A program made the translations under genes and the position numbers. A stretch of 61,575 nucleotides of DNA, counting the filler, from Choristocarpus tenellus KU-1152 (lineage: Eukaryota; Protista; Phaeophyceae), in the NCBI GenBank assembly GCA_964200185.2. It is 5 parts of 5 records of this genome, joined end to end, with 100 filler letters (N's around TTAATTAATTAA, not from the genome) between each part and the next. Parts side by side here need not be neighbours in the genome. Positions count along the whole stretch, not along the records: positions 48,470 to 56,156 come from CAXNAD020005752.1; positions 56,257 to 61,575 come from CAXNAD020011175.1; 3 more parts are not named here. One strand, written 5' to 3'. Shown one piece after another: positions 55,079 through 61,575 of the stretch. Position 1 is the first letter of the stretch, and each line of letters begins with the position of its first letter. The notes beneath the pieces are model-generated. The model was not told where the DNA came from. It did not search any database and saw only the letters and a list, made by a program, of their open reading frames with translations.

Positions 55079-55820
55079 CTACCTCCCTGCCATAAGTCTG
55101 TGTCGCGTTGTCAATAACGTTTTCAAGATGATGAAATTCAGTTCTGAAAGATTTGGAATCCTTGACGAATTTCTGGTTAGTTAGGATCAGCTCTTTTTAT
55201 TATTATTACTCCCCATCCATCACATTTTATCCGCCGCAGAAAAAGCTTCCAAGTCTAGCTTCGGCGTGTTTCAAGTTCACGAGACAACTGCCTCTTCATT
55301 ACCCCTGTGTGCTCCAGACTGAACTCATTCCCTCCTTTGTATCTAAGTACTTGATTGTACACCACAAAAAGGAGCTGCCAAGCCCTCTCAAGTGTGGTTT
55401 CATCATACTCCTCATACTGTTTCTTAATGACCTTCACCATCTCCTCGACAGACCCAAACCACTCCCCCATCACCCGGCATTTCAAAGACCTGAAGAAGCA
55501 CAGGTCCATGTTACTGAGGTCGGGGGAGTTAGATGACTGCGCCACAAGCCAAATCGACCACCCCTCAGTCTTCCCTGCCCCTGAGAAGATTTCTGAGTTG
55601 CCCTTGCTTGTGTGTGGGGGGGCACCGTCTTGCTGAACGACAATGTGCTTCCCCTGCAACCAAGGCATCTTGGTCTTGATTGCAGGCAGTATCTCCTCCG
55701 TGTATCACTTCCTGTAGCACAAATGGTCCAAAGTACGGTCCTGCTCATACACATCTTCATCGTCACCTGACGCACTGTGGATGACCGATTATCGGAGTTG
55801 ATACTATGTATTGCGACCAT
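55079..55820 (-). mobile_element. Degenerate plant-type mariner element: transposase C-terminus, internal deletion, one TIR
   Basis: ORF 55255-55668 has QQDGAPPH...QSSNSPDLSNMDLCFFRSL...GGNEF. Stowaway/mariner-like terminus TA|CTACCTCCCTGCCATAAGTCTGTGTCGC at 55077-55106. Confidence 0.88.
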
Positions 55821-56058
55821 CTTGGTTGGTATGAATTCCGAAGGCCATCGACTACATGCCACCACCCCTAGGTCAAGCATCTGGCCACGGGCGAGCTGAT
55901 TGGCAACGTCCTCCCAGAGCCCTCGCATGTAATACTCGGACATTCCAAACTCCGCTGCGAGGGCCAGCCCAACTTGTTACAGCAGTTTATGCTCACCAGG
56001 GACCGTCACGAGGACGTGCTACACTGCAAGCGCAACCCTGGTACTAAGGGGCACTTGA

Positions 56059-56156
56059 GACCAAATGTATTTGGGGGGAGGGGGGGGGGGTCTACACCTG
56101 GGTGTCCATTTAGGTCAAAATAAGGAAAAATGCATTTTCATTATCCATCGGACGTA
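56059..56156 (-). mobile_element. MITE family B, half copy truncated by a gap
   Basis: Poly-G, then TCTACACCTGGGTGTCCATTTAGGTC..TTATCCATCGGACGTA, matching 17542-17635. Confidence 0.8.
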
Positions 56157-56417
56157 NNNNNNNNNNNNNNNNNNNNNNNNNNNNNNNNNNNNNNNNNNNN
56201 TTAATTAATTAANNNNNNNNNNNNNNNNNNNNNNNNNNNNNNNNNNNNNNNNNNNNCATAGGCTATTTATTCTATTTGTGGCATAGAAAGAGAAGAGGGT
56301 AGATTATCCCACTGTAAAAAGACATCACTACCGTAGAAGAGGTCCTTTACGCTGAAGAACAAATCATCAGTTACCACCTCTTGCTGTCTACCACTGTGCT
56401 GCTTTGCTGCACGGCAG

Positions 56418-58500
56418 GAGGTCGACGACGAGTACAGTCGACGTCCAATAACACGTCCAAGGCAGGGATGGAACTCGTGGGAATGGGAGTACGGACCGCA
56501 TTACCCCGTGTCGGACGTCCCCCCCGAGGAGGGAAAAGTACGCTAACCAACTCCTTCCCAACTTTCGCAACCTGGCAAAGAGATCAACAAGTACAAATGG
56601 AGACGATGTTAGCTCGGTTCTCGATACCACTCTTAGGTAAATTCTAGTGAGAGCACAAGTGTAACGTGTTTTTTGGCGGGGAATTTTGGGTGGGGATAGA
56701 GTGTCAAAAGAGACGACTACAAGTCGCGCTCGCACCACAAATGGCTCAAGTGTGATCGGGTTTTATATGAACTACCCAGGAGATTGGTGCATTCTTTGCT
56801 GCTTCGGTCGGTGCGTTAATATCATAAACTTGTAGGTATAACACCGCTTCAGAAATCGATACCCTGATGACCTGGCCCATGAATTCTGCGTAAAAACGTC
56901 TCTACAATCTCCCACAGACCGCCCCAAAGGACAACGAGATACTTTCCTCCCGTCTCAGCAACTAACTCAGGATCCGTAATGGATACTGTTCGGACGACAC
57001 AGTCTAAAATAAGGAACGAGACAATACAGGAGAGAAAAGAGTCCGTTCGGAGGCTACTGGCGGTGGAACGCCTAGGTAATCAGAATACAAACACTCTGAG
57101 TGAGACTCCAGGAGTTCCACGCCACACCAACCACGTACTTGGTGGGCAAGTGGCGAACGGGCCAGGTCTACGCTCGCGGCAAATGAGTATCGATGAAGGG
57201 AGCGAAATGGAAAGGTGGGCATATTAGTGCTTTTGGGACTTTCGGCCTAGGCGAGGGATTGATGGTGACTAGTAGTCCCAAACGATAGGACGAAATATCC
57301 GAGAGAGTAATTATTCCTTTCGCGCAGTCATCTTCAACAACTAGTAACTGTGAGAAGGAAACAAGCCGCCGAGAGGGCAAGCCCGGCTCACGTCACGTTA
57401 TCTCTCCATCCTACCCTACAGCCCGTTCAATGGCATCGAGGAGCTCTCCGATATGGAAGTCGATCCATCCAGCTTCACTTCTTGGCAGGGAGGACGCCAG
57501 GAAGATGATATGGATACTGATGATAAAAATAGTTCCCTCCAGGTTTGATTGGCAAAACAGAGTGTGGTTTTGAAGGGGGAAGAATGACCATTCTTCAGCG
57601 TTTGCAGATATGAGAGTGAGTGACTAGGGTGTAGTCTATGAAATCCGTCCCTTGGTCACACGTCATATGGAAGTATCATCCTAAGTGTTGCTCAAGCATC
57701 TGGACGGATAGTTCGAAACACCAGAATCCTAGGTTGAGATTAATTCCCCAGAACCTGCTGCCCACCCCATAACAAAGCTTGACGACGGTCGAGAGACGCT
57801 GGATGACATCTGTGAGGGAGGCCCAGAAGAAATGGACGAGTGTCCTTCTTGTCAGGAGGAACTTGTAGACACCGGCCTCAATCAGCATCCTCGGAGGTGA
57901 GGGTGCATATATTCCAACTGCGTTACACAATTGTGATGGTAGTAAATAGTCGGAATGCTTAGAGGAGTTGTAGCTAACACTGGGCAAGTTCAGAAAGGTG
58001 GATCCACTTCATTTTTTATCGATTGTGAGATAAACTGTCGTCGATTCAAGGTGCCAAATAATGTATGGCTTCAAGTCACGCTCCCTTCTATTCCGAAATT
58101 GTCACTGTTCACATGCAGATTTTGCAGGAAAAACGGAAATGTTTTTGCTAGTTTCATCTACACAATCGAGTAACACAGTAGTAAGTGCCATTTTATTCTT
58201 GCCACCCTCCCCCCACACCAACACATTAAACATGCCCTTGCTTGTTGCTGTAATTTTTTCCTATCAAGTTGGGAGATTCCTACAACCCATTCTCAGAGAG
58301 CAAGCTCCTCCAATGGGTGCGGGGACGAGGTGGCTGAAAGCCCGATTGGTACCTTCTTGTGGTATGACTTTCTCAGAATGTCAAGTGAGACGCCAGCCCT
58401 GACACGACATGAGGAGACCGTGTTTGACATGACTGCCCTTAGAGCTGCACTGCCTCCATTGCGAACGCCTTTGGACTACCATGACTATGAAGACCTCTGA
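56418..58500 (+). CDS. Multi-exon protein of unknown function (acidic, low complexity); 5' exons uncertain
   Basis: Exons 56418-56636, 56959-57214, 57422-57542, 57778-57896, 58377-58500 join in phase with AG/GT boundaries and end ...LRTPLDYHDYEDL*. Possible upstream micro-exons near 53662-53671 and 54014-54031. No recognisable domain. Confidence 0.6.
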
Positions 58501-61500
58501 ATATGATCCCTTTTGTGTTCAGACGGGAAGTGGGACTCTAGACGGCATTGCAAGATGCTGCCCACGTATGTGTCGATTGAATTGCTACCCCATTACGCTC
58601 AGAGCAAGTAGGTGATACGTCCTTCATATAGCAATGTAAATGGGGAAAGACAGTATCAAATGACAGCCACAGAGGCATCTAGCATGCAGTGTGGGCTATT
58701 GGTAGTGGACAACTTGGAAGAACTGATCTATCTCTATTTGTATCCATGAAGCAATGCCTTCTACTGCAGTACTTGCTGGATCCTGCTTCATACAACAGCT
58801 GTCTGAAAGGACCAAGTATTTAGTGGCAGCACCATCATCATTTCTACCGGTCTCTTGGTGCAAGGAAAACGTGATGCAGAAGCCGGACCCAAGATGCTAC
58901 TTGAAATCTGTGTTCTACTGTGGTACACAATATTTGGATTGGAGGAACATCAACTTACAGCATGGTTGTTTTGTTTCTTGCATTACCCTCTGGAGATGTT
59001 GGTTCTTGCGTCAGTTTTGACGTACATGTAGAGTTCTCGTGTCAGTCGTACTGTTGTTCTTCTGGGTGAGGTAGGGCGTGGAATGCATGACAAGGAGAAG
59101 ATGTGTGAGTGTGCAAAATAAAATGTGTTCATGTACTGTGTACCGCAGTGAGCAGTGGATAGAGGGGTTGAGAGTAGAGGAGGAAAAAGAAGTGAAGATG
59201 AGGCAAAAATATATTACTGTGGGGGGATGAATAATGAGAAACGTGTGTCACAGTGTGGTACAAGAAAAACGTGCCTGCAACACACGGTTCGGTAAAATAT
59301 AGGTGATGGGTGGACTTTGTATATCTTGAAGTGCAGGTAAAGCTACCTAAGGTTTTGTGGGGTATCATCGATGGTAGAGCTCAACAGTTTAGGAAGCAAG
59401 GTTAACAGGTTATGCCGTCAATGGGTGATCTGTGAAGCATAGATACAACCGAGTTGAAAAACTTCAGGATAATCACCTCCGCAATGCATCTCAGGACATG
59501 CCGTGTGGTTGACCTGTTCGAGCCTAGATGGAGCTCTACAAGTGTGCGTCACCATTTGGAATATACTATGTGGCCTCAACTCCTAGTGTACATTGAGTTG
59601 AGTAGAAACATTTTGTTTGGCTGAATAGGTGCATGTGTTGCAGGAGCTGTCCCATCATTTCCTCCTGTGGTGGAAACATTAGCAGTGCCATTGGTGTGCC
59701 ATGCACTGCACACTATGAGAGATAGGAGAAAATCTAACAGCCTAGAGTTGACAATGGAAAGTAACTGATTGAGTCTTGATATGATAGTAGCAACAATAGC
59801 ACAAAAGGCATTTTGGAGATGCCATCAATTCACAGTTGTTGTTTTTTTAAATGATCTCATCGGTGCGGCATATCCTCCATGAAGTCATGTACTTTTATGT
59901 GGGAATATATCTTCCGGTGTTTTGGCAATATTCGTGTATGCAATATGAGCGAATCCCCAAACCCTTTTGTTAGTTCAGTCTGTCATTTCATCATTCTGCC
60001 GACAAGGAATGGTCACTACCGGAATAATATGCCTTTACTGCAACTTAGAATAGAACAAAGCCCAAAACTTCAGTAGTCCAATAAACAACTTCATGAGTGC
60101 ATATACTTCAATCACGGCAAGTGATGGTCAGGTGAGAGTCACAGCGTCCTCCCGTTCCAACCTTTGATCTTCTGCAATAACAGCCCCCAGTGGAGATTCA
60201 TCACCGTCAGGTCATATCTTCTTTGGGCTCAGGTTTTTGGACAACCCATAATGTGCAACACACGAGATGGACTCCCAATACACTCTGCAGTTGCTACCAT
60301 CTTATGGGTTGCTGCAGTCCACAATGCCTAGTGAAAACGAGATGGTAATGACATACAGTCGAGACAAACAAATGGAGGAGAGGAGATGGATCAACAACGG
60401 CAAACAACAGCACTGTCGGGTTCAAGTGCGAGAATCATCTCCATCATCTAGGCTTCAAACAACCATCCTCACCCTTTCACTCGAGTACGTGGAAAGAAGT
60501 CTGGTGTAGAGGGGATATTATTTCAGTCTTATTTCAACTGTTGATATACGAAGACACCACCAACGTAGTGATATGATTCTCCCAAGGGGTTCCTTACAAT
60601 CTGTTTTACAATCTGTTTGGTCCCTCTCACTTAAGAAGTGCTGTATAAAACCAAACAATTGTTGTCCTTTCATCTGTTTGTCTGTCTATACATTACGAGT
60701 ACCTGCTTCTCATGTATGTACTGGATGAGTCCAAGGAATTCCTGTGCCCATCCATCCGTTGCCTGTGTCTGTCCCTTAAGGCTTACCAACACCATCTCTC
60801 ATTATTGCGCGCAGTTTCGAACTCGCAGTCGTGCATACAGGTCCCTCGCATACGTACTATACATGAACAAGAAATATCCTACCCTTACAAAACTACCGAC
60901 TCTCTGCACCTGCTTTTCCTCTTTTGAAGGTGATTGAAGTTTCTGTCCTACTATATATATATCAACACCCTATGCATACAGCTTGTTATCACCACTTGGT
61001 CTTGTCCTAGGATGTAGGCTTGTCAGGGCACTTGCGAATGATCTTGTTTCAAAAATATGAAATGATGAAGAAAATAACTGTCCAAGAAACGCAACTCTAT
61101 ACACATACCGCTTCCTCTGTTACAGACAGACGAGCATTGTAAGACCAAGAAATTCTGGGATTCCTGTGCACCCATCCATTTGTCTGTCTACCTGCATGTC
61201 TGTACTTGCCAGCACCGGATATATAGACCTGATTTTTCTCTTTGAATTTGTTTGAACTTCGACTCCTATTTATACCTACTGCAGTTGAAAAGTAAAACGA
61301 GGAATGAGCATCTCACAAACAATAATGCCCGTGACTTGTATGTTTCCTCCCAGGAAGGGAAAAAAACGCAAACACAAAAAACAAGAACGCCTCTCCTTCT
61401 AAGATGTGGCTTTAATCCTCTGGTAATATGCAGGTGTCAGATCGTAACAAATAGGACGAGTGACCCTCTCTAGTCCCAGAAACAAGGGTTAGGAACCGAA

Positions 61501-61575
61501 AGCATCTGGGGGGGGGGGGGGGGGGGGATGGGAGGGTAATATGTTGGGGCAAAAAAAAGAAAAAGGCAACTTTAT

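Noticed and set aside
60700-61200. Short similar motifs (ATTCCTGTGC..CATCCAT) and a GWAQEF PEX5-like peptide
   Set aside because: Similarity is too short, reading frames disagree, and no TPR exons were found.

Overview
Eukaryotic, intron-rich (GT-AG) nuclear DNA from a draft assembly with four 100-nt N-gaps. One protein has a textbook ASA|FVAP bipartite plastid-targeting presequence and a second has a weaker one, pointing to an ochrophyte (photosynthetic stramenopile) host. Genes I could splice by hand with consistent phases: ADAT2/TAD2 tRNA deaminase (+, 28857-31501), a plastid YgfZ/IBA57-like folate-binding protein (+, 33532-39480), a tiny plastid single-TM protein of unknown function (-, 40280-41217), a large WD40 protein (-, ~3200-15271) and an unknown low-complexity protein (+, 56418-58500). 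Several weaker exon sets are also present. The window is peppered with three short non-autonomous TIR-element families sharing a GRNYC-AAAGTA terminus with mostly 4-bp TSDs (Sola2-like, by inference), plus two decayed plant-type mariner copies with DD40D spacing. I found no CRISPR array, rRNA, complete tRNA or prokaryote-type defence system. The most notable items are the small plastid protein and the nested TIR-element system.
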